Shown: positions 41,986 to 55,600 of the stretch, one piece after another
Layout: the number at the start of each line of letters is the position of its first letter
Numbering within the stretch: the first letter of the stretch is position 1
Assembly: GCF_009914755.1 (NCBI RefSeq)
Contig: NC_060933.1
DNA: 64,000 nt
Strand: one strand, 5' to 3'
Source: the human T2T-CHM13v2.0 reference genome, Homo sapiens
Program-made: the position numbers and the translations under genes
Notes under the pieces: model-generated
Databases searched by the model: none
Told to the model about the DNA's origin: nothing
What the model saw: the letters and a program-made list of their open reading frames with translations, nothing else

Positions 41986-44900
41986 CGGATGATTCCATTC
42001 TATTGCATTCCGTTCCATTTCATTCCCCTGCACTCGCGTTGATTCCATTCCATTCCATCCCATTCCATTCAATTCCATTCCATTACAATTCGTTCCATTC
42101 CATTCTATTCCGTACCATTCCATTCCAATCCATACCATTCCATTCCATTCCATTCTATTCCATTCCATTCCATTCCATTCCGGATGATTCCATTCCATTG
42201 CATTCCGTTCCGTTACATTCCCCTGCACTCGGGTTGATTCCTTCCCATTCCATTCCATTCTATTCCATTCCATTCCATTCCAATTCTTTCCTTTCCATTC
42301 TATTCCGTACCATTCCATTCCATTTCATACAATTCCATTCCATTCCATTCCATTCCATTCCATTCCATTCCGTTCCTTTCCGTTCCGTTCCGTTCCATTC
42401 CATTCCATTCCATTCTATTCGGGTTAATTCCATTCCATTCCATTCCATTCCATTATATTCCATTCCATTGCAATCGAGTTGAATCCATTACATTCCATTC
42501 CATTCCATTCCATTCCGGAAGATTCCATTCCATTGCATTCCATTCCATTCCATTCCCCTGCATTCGCGTTTATTCCTTTCAATTCCATTCCGTTCCATTC
42601 CATTCCATTCCGTTCCGCTCCATTCCATTCCATTCCATTCCATTCCATTCCATTCCATTCCGTTCCGTTCCGTTCCATTCCATTCTATTCCGTTCTATTC
42701 GGGTTAATTCCATTCCATTCCATTCGATTGCAATCGAGATGATTCCATTCCATTCCATTCCATTCCATTCCATTCCATTCCATTCCATTCCTTTCCATTA
42801 CATTACGGATGATTCCATTCCATTGCATTCCATTCCATTCCATTCCCCTGTACTCGGGTTGATTCCATTCCATTCCATTCCATTCCATGCCACTCCACTC
42901 GTGTTGATTCCATTCTTTCCATTCCATTCAAGTTGAATCCATTCCATTGCATTCCATTCCATTCGATTCCATTCGATTGCACTCGTGTTGATTCCATTCC
43001 ATTTTATTCCATTCCATTCCATTCCATTCCCTTCCATTCCATTCCATTACATTCGGATTGATTCTATTCAATTCCCTTACACTCCATTACATTCCATTAC
43101 ATTCGGGTAGTTTCCATTCCATTCCATTCCATTCCTTTCCATTCCATTGCACTCGGGTTGATTCCATTCCATTCCATTCCATTCCATTCCATTCCATTCC
43201 ATTCCATTCCGGATGATTCCATTCCATTGAATTCCATTCCATTCCATTCCCCTCCACTTGGGTTGATTCCATTCCATTCCATTCCATTCCTTTCCGTTCC
43301 ATTCCATTCCATTCCATTCCATTGTATTCGTGTTAATTCCATTCCATTCTATTCCATTCCATTCCATTGAAATCGAGTTGATTCCATTCCATTCCATTCC
43401 ATTCCATTCCGGATGATTCCATTCAATTGCATTCCATTCCATTCCATTCCCCTGCACTCGGGTTGAATCCATTCCATTCCGTTCCATTCCATTCCATTCC
43501 ATTCTATTCGTGTTAATTCCATTCCATTCCATTCCACTCCATTCCAGTCCTTTGCATTCCATTCCACTAGGGTTGATTCCATTCTACTCCTTTCCATTAC
43601 ATTCCATTCCATTGCAATCGAGTTGATTCCATTCGAGTTGAATCCATTCCATTCCATTCAATTACATTACATTGCACACGGGTTCATTCCATTCCTTTCC
43701 ATTCCATTCCATTCCATTCCATTCCATTTCATTCCGTTCCATTCTATTCCGTACCATTCCATTCCATCCCATTCCATTCCATTCCATTCCATTCCATGCC
43801 ATTACACTCGGGTTGATTCCATTCCTTTCCATTCCATTCTTGTTGAATCCATTCCATTCCATTCCATTCCATTCGAATCCTTTCCATTGCAGTCGGGTTG
43901 ATTCCATTCCATTCCGTTCCATTCCATTTCATTCCATTCCATTCCATTACATTCGGATTGATTCTATTCAGTTCCCTTACACTCCATTACATTCCATTCC
44001 ATTCGGGATGTTTCCATTCCATTCCATTCCATTCCACTCCATTCCATTGCATCGGGTTGATTGCATTCCATTTCATTCCATTCCATTCCGGATGATTCCA
44101 TTGCATTGCATTCCATTCCATTCCATTCCCCTGCACTCGGGTTGATTACATTCCATACCATTCCCTTCCATTCCATTCCATTCCATTCCGGATGATTGCA
44201 TTCCATTGCTTTCCATTCCATTCCATTCCATTGCAATCGAGTTGATTCCATTCCATTCCATTCCATTCCATTCCATTCCATTCCATTCCGGATGATTGCA
44301 TTCCATTGCTTTCCATTCCCTTCCATTCCCCTGCACTCGGGTTGGTTCCATTCCATTTCATTCCATTACATTCCGTTCCATTCCATTCCATTCCATTCTA
44401 TTCGGGTTAATTCCATTCCATTCCATTCCATTCCATTCCATTCCATTCCATTCCATTCCATTGCAATCGAGTTGATTCCATTCCATTCCATTCCATTCCA
44501 TTCCATTGCATTCCAATCGATTTGATTCCATTCCATTCCATTCCATTCCACTCCATTCCAGTCCTTTCCATTCCATTCATCTCGGGTTGATTCCATTCTA
44601 TTCCTTTCCATTCCATTCCATTCCATTGCAATCGAGTTGATTCCTTTCGAGTTGAATCCATTCCATACCATTCCATTCCATTACATTGCACACGGGCTCA
44701 TTCCATTCCATTCCATTCCATTCCATTCCATTCCATTCCATTTCATTCCATTCCATTCTATTCCGTACCATTCCATTCCATCCCATTCCATTCCATTCCA
44801 TTCCATGCCATTACACTCGGGTTGATTCCATTCCTTTCCATTCCATTCTTGTTGAATCCATTCCATTCCATTCCATTCCATTCGAATCCATTCCATTGCA

Positions 44901-45310
44901 CTCGGGTTGATTCCATTCCATTCCATTCCATTCCATTTCATTCCATTCCATTACATTACATTCCGATTGATTCTATTCAATTCCCTTACACTCCATTACA
45001 TTCCATTCCATTCGGGTAGTTTCCATTCCATTCCATTCCATTCCGCTCCATTCCATTGCACTCGGGTTGATTCCATTCCATTCCATTCCATTCCATTTCA
45101 TTCCATTCCATTACATTACATTCCGATTGATTCTATTCAATTCCCTTACACTCCATTACATTCCATTCCATTCGGGATGTTTCCATTCCATTCCATTCCA
45201 TTCCACTCCATTCCATTGCATCGGGTTGATTCCATTCCATTCCATTCCATTCCGGATGATTCCATTCGATTGCATTCCATTGCATTCCATTCCCCTGCAC
45301 TCGGGTTGAT
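41985..45310 (+). repeat. Block A, partial copy 5 (equals ~1106-4400)
   Basis: Begins at CCGGATGATTCCATTCTATTGC (41985 vs 1106). CGAGATG at 42735. The 160 bp doublet at 44907/45067 corresponds to 4003/4163. Confidence 0.85.
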
Positions 45311-47930
45311 TCCATTCCATTCCATTCCATTCCATTCCATTCCATTCCATTCCAATTCTTTCCTTTCCATTCTATTCCGTACCATTCCATTCCATTTCAT
45401 ACAATTCCATTCCATTCCATTCCATTCCATTCCATTCCGTTCTGTTCCGTTCCGTTCCGTTCCGTTCCATTCCATTCCATTCCATTCTATTCGGGTTAAT
45501 TCCATTCCATTCCATTCCATTCCATTACATTCCGTTCCATTCCATTCCATTCCATTCGGATTGATTCTATTCAATTCCCTTACACTCCATTACATTCCAT
45601 TCCATTCGGGTAGTTTCCATTCCATTCCATTCCATTCCATTGTACTCGGGTTGATTCCATTCCATTGCATTCCATTCCATTCCATTCCATTCCATTCCAT
45701 TCCGTTCCATTCCATTACATTCGGATTGATTCTATTCAATTCCCTTACACTCCATTACATTCCATTGCATTCCATTCCATTCCATTCCATTTCGTTCCAT
45801 TCCATTCTATTCCGTATCATTCCATTCCATTCCATTCCATTGCATTCCATTCCATTCCATTCCACTCGTGTTGATTTCATTCCTTTCCATTCCATTCGGT
45901 TTGAAGGCATTCCATTCCATTCCATTCCATTCCATTCCATTCCATTCCATTCCATTCCATTCCATTGTACTCGGGTTGATTCCATTCCATTGCATTCCAT
46001 TGCATTCCATTCCATTCCATTCCATTCCGTTGCGTTCCATTCCATTCCATTCGGATTGATTCTATTCAACTCCCTTACTCTCCATTACATTCCATTCCAT
46101 TCGGGTTGTTCCATTCCATTCCATTCCATTCCACTCCATTCCATTGCACTCGGGTTGATTCCATTCCATTCCATTCCATTCCATTCCATTCCGGATGATT
46201 CCATTCTATTGCATTCCGTTCCATTTCATTCCCTTGCACTCGCGTTGATTCCATTCCATTCCATTCCATTCCATTCAATTCCATTCCATTACAATTCGTT
46301 CCATTCCATTCTATTCCGTACCATTCCATTCCAATCCATACCATTCCATTCCATTCCATTCCATTCCATTCCATTCTATTCCATTCCATTCAGGATGATT
46401 CCATTCCATTGCATTCCGTTCCATTACATTCCCCTGCACTCGGGTTGATTCCTTCCCATTCCATTCCATTCTATTCCATTCCATTCCATTCCAATTCTTT
46501 CCTTTCCATTCTATTCCGTACCATTCCATTCCATTTCATACAATTCCATTCCATTCCATTTCATTCCATTCCATTCCATTCCGTTCCTTTCCGTTCCGTT
46601 CCGTTCCATTATATTCCATTCCATTCTATTCGGGTTAATTCCATTCCATTCCATTCCATTCCATTATATTCCATTCCATTGCAATCGAGTTGAATCCATT
46701 GCATTCCATTCCATTCCATTCCATTCCGGAAGATTCCATTCCATTGCATTCCATTCCATTCCATTCCCCTGCATTCGCGTTTATTCCTTTCAATTCCATT
46801 CCGTTCCATTCCATTCCATTCCGTTCCGCTCCATTCCATTCCATTCCATTCCATTCCATTCCATTCCATTCCGTTCCGTTCCGTTCCGTTCCATTCCATT
46901 CTATTCCGTTCTATTCGGGTTAATTCCATTCCATTCCATTCGATTGCAATCGAGATGATTCCATTCCATTCCATTCCATTCCATTCCATTCCATTCCTTT
47001 CCATTACATTACGGATGATTCCATTCCATTGCATTCCATTCCATTCCATTCCCCTGTACTCGGGTTGATTCCATTCCATTCCATTCCATTCCATGCCACT
47101 CCACTCGTGTTGATTCCATTCTTTCCATTCCATTCAAGTTGAATCCATTCCATTGCATTCCATTCCATTCGATTCCATTCGATTGCACTCGTGTTGATTC
47201 CATTCCATTGCATTCCATTCCATTCCATTCCATTCCATTCCATTCCCTTCCATTCCATTCCATTACATTCGGATTGATTCTATTCAATTCCCTTACACTC
47301 CATTACATTCCATTCCATTCGGGTAGTTTCCATTCCATTCCATTCCATTCCTTTCCATTCCATTGCACTCGGGTTGATTCCATTCCATTCCATTCCATTC
47401 CATTCCATTCCATTCCATTCCGGATGATTCCATTCCATTGAATTCCATTCCATTCCATTCCCCTCCATTTGGGTTGATTCCATTCCATTCCATTCCATTC
47501 CTTTCCGTTCCATTCCATTCCATTCCATTCCATTCCATTGTATTCGTGTTAATTCCATTCCATTCTATTCCATTCCATTCCATTGAAATCGAGTTGATTC
47601 CATTCCATTCCATTCCATTCCATTCCGGATGATTCCATTCAATTGCATTCCATTCCATTCCATTCCCCTGCACTCGGGTTGAATCCATTCCATTCCGTTC
47701 CATTCCATTCCATTCCATTCTATTCGGGTTAATTCCATTCCATTCCATTCCACTCCATTCCAGTCCTTTGCATTCCATTCCACTAGGGTTGATTCCATTC
47801 TATTCCTTTCCATTACATTCCATTCCATTGCAATCGAGTTGATTCCATTCGAGTTGAATCCATTCCATTCCATTCCATTACATTACATTGCACACGGGTT
47901 CATTCCATTCCATTCCATTCCATTCCATTC
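45292..47930 (+). repeat. Block A, partial copy 6 (equals ~202-2870)
   Basis: After CCCCTGCACTCGGGTTG (45292) the sequence follows position 202 onward (CCAATTCTTTCCTTTCC). CGAGATG at 46951 and GCACACGGG at ~47890. Confidence 0.85.
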
Positions 47931-47969
47931 CATTCCATTACATTCCGTTCCATTCCATTCCATTCCATT

Positions 47970-49500
47970 CTATTCGGGTTAATTCCATTCCATTCCTTTC
48001 CATTCCAATCCATTCCATTCCATTCTATTCCATTCCATTGCAATCGAGTTGAATCCATTGCATTCCATTCCATTCCATTCCATTCTATTCAGGTTAATTC
48101 CATTCCATTCGATTGCAATCGAGTTCATTCCATTCCATTCCATTCCTTTCCATTCCATTACTGATGATTCCATTCCATTGCATTCCATTCCATTCCATTC
48201 TCCTGTACTCGGGTTGATTCCATTCCATTCCATTCCAATCCATGCCATTCCACTCGTGATGATTCCTTTCTTTCCATTCCATTCAAGTTGAATCCATTCC
48301 ATTGCGTTCCATTCAATTCGATTCCATTCGATTGCACTCGGGTTCATTCCATTCCATTGCATTCCATTCCATTCCATTCCGTTCCATTCCATTCCATTAC
48401 ATTCGGATTAATTCTATTCAATTCCCTTACACTATATTACATTCCATTCCATTCGGGTAGTTTCCATTCCATTCCATTCCATTCCACTCCATTCCACTGC
48501 ACTCGGGTTGATTCCATTCCATTCCATTCCATTCCATTCCATTGTACTCGGGTTGATTCCATTCCATTGCATTCCATTCCATTCCATTCCATACCATTCC
48601 ATTCCATTCCGTTCCATTCCATTACATTCGGATTTATTCTATACAACTCCCTTACTCTCCATTACATTCCATTCCATTCGGGTTGTTCCATTCCATTCCA
48701 TTCCATTCCACTCCATTCCATTGCACTCGGGTTGATTCCATTCCATTCCATTCCATTCCATTCCATTCCATTCCGGATGATTCCATTCCATTGCATTCCG
48801 TTCCATTACATTCCCCTGCACTCGGGTTGATTCCATTCCATTCCATTCCCTTCCATTCGATTCCATTCCATTCCAATTCTTTCCATTCCATTCTATTCCG
48901 TACCATTCCATTCCATTTCATACAATTCCATTCCATTCCATTCCATTCCATTCCATTCCATTCCATTCCGTTCCGTTCCGTTCCGTTCCGTACCGTTCCG
49001 TTCCATTCCATTCCATTCCATTCTATTCGGGTTAATTCCATTCCATTACATTCCATTCCATTCTATTCCATTCCATTGCAATCGAGTTGAATCCATTGCA
49101 TTCCATTCCATTCCATTCCATTCCATTCCATTCCATACCATTCCATTCCATTCCGGAAGATTCCATTCCATTGCATTCCATTCCATTCCATTCCCCTGCA
49201 CTCGCGTTTACTCCTTTCAATTCCATTTCATTCCATTCCATTCCATTCCGTTCCTCTCCATTCCATTGCATTCCATTCCATTCCATTCCATTCCATTCCG
49301 TTCCGTTCCGTTCCGTTCCATTCCATTCCATTCCATTCTATTCGGGTTAATTCCATTCCATTCCATTCGATTGCAATCGAATTGATTCCATTCCATTCCA
49401 TTCCATTCCATTCCATTCCATTCCATTCCATTCCTTTCCATTCCATTACGGATGATTCCATTCCATTGCATTCCATTCCATTCCATTCCCCTGTACTCGG
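47970..49500 (+). repeat. Block A, partial copy 7 (equals ~5160-6680), containing the segment missing from copy 2
   Basis: Rare markers CTATTCAGGTTAA, TTACTGATG, ACACTATATTAC and GGATTTATTCTATACAAC were seen together only at 5226-6268 and 48049-49086. ORFs 5226 and 48049 match. Confidence 0.86.
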
Positions 49501-49699
49501 GTTGATTCCATTGCATTCCATTCCATTCCATGCCATTCCACTCGTGTTGATTCCATTCTTTCCATTCCATTCAAGTTGAATCCATTCCATTGCATTCCAT
49601 TCCATTCAATTCCATTTGATTGCACTCGGGTTGATTCCATTCAATTGCATTCCATTCCATTCCATTCCATTCCATTCCATTCCGTTCCATTCCATTCCA

Positions 49700-52600
49700 T
49701 TACATTCGGATTGATTCTATTCAATTCCCTTACACTCCATTACATTCCATTCCATTCGTGATGTTTCCATTCCATTCCATTCCATTCCACTCCATTCCAT
49801 TGCATCGGGTTGATTGCATTCCATTCCATTCCATTCCATTCCATTCCATTCCATTCCGGATGATTCCATTCCATTGCATTCCATTCCATTCCGTTCCCCT
49901 GCACTCGGGTTGATAACATTCCATTTCCTTCCCTTCCATTCCTTTCCATTCCATTCCATTCCATTCTATTCGTGTGAATTCCATTCCATTCCATTCCATT
50001 CCATTCCATTCCATTCCATTCCATTGCAATCAAGTTGATTGCATTCCATTCCATTCCATTCCGTTCCGGATGATTCCATTCCATTGCATTCCATTCCATT
50101 CCATTCCCCTGCAGTCGGGTTGATTCCATTCCATTCCATTCCATTCCATTCCATTCCCTTCCATTCCATTCCATTCCATTCTATTCGGGTTAATTCCATT
50201 CCATTCCATTCCATTCCATTCCAATCGAGTTGATTCCATTCCATTCCATTCCGTTCCATTCCACTCCATTCCAGTCCTTTCCATTCCATTCCACTCGGGT
50301 TGATTCCATTCTATTCCTTTCCATTCCATTCCATTACCTTGTAATCGAGTTGATTCCATTGATTTGCATTCCATTCCATTCCATTCCATTCCGGATGATT
50401 CCATTCCATTGCATTCCATTCCATTCCATTCCCCTGCACTCGGGTTGATTCCATTCTATTCCACTCCTTTCCTTTCCATTCCATTCCATTCCATTGTATT
50501 CGGGTTATTTCCATTCCATTCCATTCCATTCCATTCCATTACAATCGAGTTGATTCCATTCCATTCCATTCCATTCCATTCCATTCCATTCCATTCCTTT
50601 CCATTCCATTCCTCTCGGGTTGATTCCATTCTATTAGTTTCCATTACATTCCATTCCCTTCCATTCCACTCTGGTTGATTCCATTCCTTTCCATTCCACT
50701 CGAATACATTCCCTCCTATTCCACTCGGAACGATTCCATTCCATTCCATTCCATTCCATTCCATTCCATTCCATTCCATTTCGTTCCATTCCATTCTATT
50801 CCGTACCATTCCATTCCATTCCATTCCATTCCATTCCATTCCACTCGTGTTGATTCTATTCCTTTCAATTCCATTCGGTTTGAAGCCATTCCATTCCATT
50901 CAATTCCATTCCATTCCATTCCATTCCATTCCATTTCATTCCATTGTAATCGGGTTGATTCCATTCCATTGCATTCCATTCCATTCCATTCAATTCCATT
51001 CCGTTCCATTCCATTCCATTACATTTGGATTGATTCTATTCAACTCCCTTACTCTCAATTACATTCCATTCCATTCGGATTGATTCTATTCAACTCCCTT
51101 ACTCTCCATTACATTCCATTCCATTCGGGTTGTTCCATTCAATTCCATTCCATTCCACTCCATTCCATTGCACTCGGGTTGATTCCATTCCACTCCATTC
51201 CATTCCATTCTATTCCGGATGATTCCATTCCATTGCATTCCGTTCTATTACATTCCCCTGCACTAGCGTTGATTCCATTCCATTCCATTCCATTCCATTC
51301 GATTCCATTCCATTCCAATTCGTTCCATTCCATTCTATTCCGTACCATTCCATTCCATTCCATACCATTCCATTCCATTCCATTCCATTCCGTTCCGTTC
51401 CATTCCGTTCCATTCCATTCCATTCCATTCTATTAGGGTTAATTCCATTCCATTCCATTCCATTCCATTCTATTCCATTCCATTGCAATCGAGTTGAATC
51501 CATTGCATTCCATTCCATTCCATTCCATTCCATTCCATTCCGGAAGATTCCATCCCATTGCATTCCATTCCATTCCATTCCCCTGCACTCGCCTTGATTC
51601 CATTCCATTCCATTCCATTCCATTCCATTCCATTCCGATCCGTTCCATTCCATTCCATTCCATTCCATTCCATTCCATTCCGTTCCGTTCCATTCCATTC
51701 CATTCCATTCCATTCCATTCTATTCGGGTTAATTCCATTCCATTCCATTCCATTGAAATCGAGTTGATTCCTTTCCATTCTATTCCATTCCATTCCATTC
51801 CTTTCCATTCCATTACGGATGATTCCATTCTATTGCATTCCATTCCATTCCATTCCCCTGCACTCGGGTTGATTCCATTCCATTCCATTCCATTACATTG
51901 CGTTCCACTCCATTCCATTCCATTCGGATTGATTCTATTCAATTCCCTTACATTCCATTACATTCCATTCCATTCGGGTAGTTTCCATTCCATTCCATTC
52001 CATTCCATTCCTCTCCATTCCATTGCACTCGGGTTGATTCCATTCCATTCCATTCCATTCCATAACATTACATTCCATTCCGTTCCATTGTACTCGGGTT
52101 GATTCCATTCCATTGCATTCCATTCCATTCCATTCCATTCCATTCCATTCCATTCCATTCCATTCCATTCCGTTCCATTCCATTACATTCGAATTGATTC
52201 TATTTAACTCCCTTACTCTCCATTACATTCCATTCCATTCGGGTTGTTCCATTCCATTCCATTCTATTCTACTCCATTCCATTTCACTCGGGTTGATTCC
52301 ATTCCATTCCATTCCATTCCATTCCATTCTGGAAGATTCCATTCCATTGCATTCCATTCCATTCCATTCCCCTGCACTCGAGTTGATTCATTTCCATTCC
52401 ATTCCATTCCATTCCATTCCATTCCATTCCATTCCGTTCCGTTCCATTCCGTTGCGTTCCATTCCATTACATTCGGATTGATTCTATTCAACTCCCTTAC
52501 TCTCCATTACATTCCATTCCATTCGGGTTGTTCCATTCCATTCCATTCCATTCCACTCCATTCCATTGCACTCGGGTTGATTCCATTCCATTCTATTCCA

Positions 52601-55600
52601 TTCCATTCCGGATGATTCCATTCCATTGCATTCCGTTCCATTTCATTCCCCTGCACTCGCGTTGATTCCATTCCATTCCATTCCATTCCATTCAATTCCA
52701 TTCCATTACAATTCGTTCCATTCCATTCTATTCCGTACCATTCCATTCCATTCCATACCATTCCATTCCATTCCATTCCATTCCATTCCGTTCCATTCCG
52801 TTCCATTCCATTCCATTCCATTCTATTCGGGTTAACTCCATTCCATTCCATTCCATTCTATTCCTTTCCATTGCATCGAGTTGAATCCATTGCATTTCAT
52901 TCCATTCCATTCCATTCCAGAAGATTCCATTCCATTGCATTCCATTCCATTCCATTCCCCTGCACTCGAGTTGATTCATTTCCATTCCATTCCATTCCAT
53001 TCCATTCCATTCCATTCCATTCCATTCCGTTCCGTTCCATTCCATTCCATTCCATTCCATTCCGTTCCGTTCCATTCCATTCCATTCCATTCTATTCGGG
53101 TTAATTCCATTCCATTCCGTTCGATTGCAATCGAGTTGATTGCATTCCATTCAATTCCATTCCATTCCATTCCATTCCATTCCATTCCTTTCCATTCCAT
53201 TACGGATGATTCCATTCCATTGCATTCCATTCCATTCCATTCCCCTGTACTCGGGTTGATTCCATTCCATTCCATTCCAATCCATGCCATTCCACTCGTG
53301 TTGATTCCATTCTTTCCATTCCATTCAAGTTGAATCCATTCCATTGCATTGCATTCCATTCGATTCCATTCGATTGCACTCGGGTTGATTCCATTCCATT
53401 CCATTCCATTCCATTCCATTCCATTCCGTTCCATTCCATTCCATTACATTCGGATTGATTCTATTCAATTCCCTTACACTCCATTACATTCCATTCCATT
53501 CGTGATGTTTCCATTCCATTCCATTCCATTCCACTCCATTCCATTGCATCGGGTTGATTGCATTCCATTCCATTCCATTCCATTCCATTCCATTCCATTC
53601 CGGATGATTCCATTCCATTGCATTCCATTCCATTCCGTTCCCCTGCACTCGGGTTGATAACATTCCATTTCCTTCCCTTCCATTCCTTTCCATTCCATTC
53701 CATTCCATTCTATTCGTGTGAATTCCATTCCATTCCATTCCATTCCATTCCATTCCATTCCATTCCATTGCAATCAAGTTGATTGCATTCCATTCCATTC
53801 CATTCCGTTCCGGATGATTCCATTCCATTGCATTCCATTCCATTCCATTCCCCTGCAGTCGGGTTGATTCCATTCCATTCCATTCCATTCCATTCCATTC
53901 CCTTCCATTCCATTCCATTCCATTCTATTCGGGTTAATTCCATTCCATTCCATTCCATTCCATTCCAATCGAGTTGATTCCATTCCATTCCATTCCGTTC
54001 CATTCCACTCCATTCCAGTCCTTTCCATTCCATTCCACTCGGGTTGATTCCATTCTATTCCTTTCCATTCCATTCCATTACCTTGTAATCGAGTTGATTC
54101 CATTGATTTGCATTCCATTCCATTCCATTCCATTCCGGATGATTCCATTCCATTGCATTCCATTCCATTCCATTCCCCTGCACTCGGGTTGATTCCATTC
54201 TATTCCACTCCTTTCCTTATCATTCCATTCCATTCCATTGTATTCGGGTTATTTCCATTCCATTCCATTCCATTCCATTCCATTCCATTCCATTACAATC
54301 GAGTTGATTCCATTCCATTCCATTCCATTCCATTCCATTCCATTCCATTCCTTTCCATTCCATTCCTCTCGGGTTGATTCCATTCTATTAGTTTCCATTA
54401 CATTCCATTCCCTTCCATTCCACTCTGGTTGATTCCATTCCTTTCCATTCCACTCGAATACATTCCCTCCTATTCCACTCGGAACGATTCCATTCCATTC
54501 CATTCCATTCCATTCCATTCCATTCCATTCCATTTCGTTCCATTCCATTCTATTCCGTACCATTCCATTCCATTCCATTCCATTCCATTCCATTCCACTC
54601 GTGTTGATTCTATTCCTTTCAATTCCATTCGGTTTGAAGCCATTCCATTCCATTCAATTCCATTCCATTGCATTCCATTCCATTCCATTTCATTCCATTG
54701 TAATCGGGTTGATTCCATTCCATTGCATTCCATTCCATTCCATTCAATTCCATTCCGTTCCATTCCATTCCATTACATTTGGATTGATTCTATTCAACTC
54801 CCTTACTCTCAATTACATTCCATTCCATTCGGATTGATTCTATTCAACTCCCTTACTCTCCATTACATTCCATTCCATTCGGGTTGTTCCATTCAATTCC
54901 ATTCCATTCCACTCCATTCCATTGCACTCGGGTTGATTCCATTCCACTCCATTCCATTCCATTCTATTCCGGATGATTCCATTCCATTGCATTCCGTTCT
55001 ATTACATTCCCCTGCACTAGCGTTGATTCCATTCCATTCCATTCCATTCCATTCCATTCCATTCCATTCCATTCCAATTCGTTCCATTCCATTCTATTCC
55101 GTACCATTCCATTCCATTCCATACCATTCCATTCCATTCCATTCCATTCCGTTCCGTTCCATTCCGTTCCATTCCATTCCATTCCATTCTATTAGGGTTA
55201 ATTCCATTCCATTCCATTCCATTCCATTCTATTCCATTCCATTGCAATCGAGTTGAATCCATTGCATTCCATTCCATTCCATTCCATTCCATTCCATTCC
55301 GGAAGATTCCATCCCATTGCATTCCATTCCATTCCATTCCCCTGCACTCGCCTTGATTCCATTCCATTCCATTCCATTCCATTCCATTCCATTCCGATCC
55401 GTTCCATTCCATTCCATTCCATTCCATTCCATTCCATTCCGTTCCGTTCCATTCCATTCCATTCCATTCCATTCCATTCTATTCGGGTTAATTCCATTCC
55501 ATTCCATTCCATTGAAATCGAGTTGATTCCTTTCCATTCTATTCCATTCCATTCCATTCCTTTCCATTCCATTACGGATGATTCCATTCTATTGCATTCC

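Noticed and set aside
44907-46448. Longest ORF (513 aa) and all other ORFs in the track
   Set aside because: CATTC and GGAAT repeats have no stop codon in any frame, so (IPFHS)n and (MEWNG)n ORFs overlap in all six frames. The longest one crosses a duplication junction and has no domain-like content.
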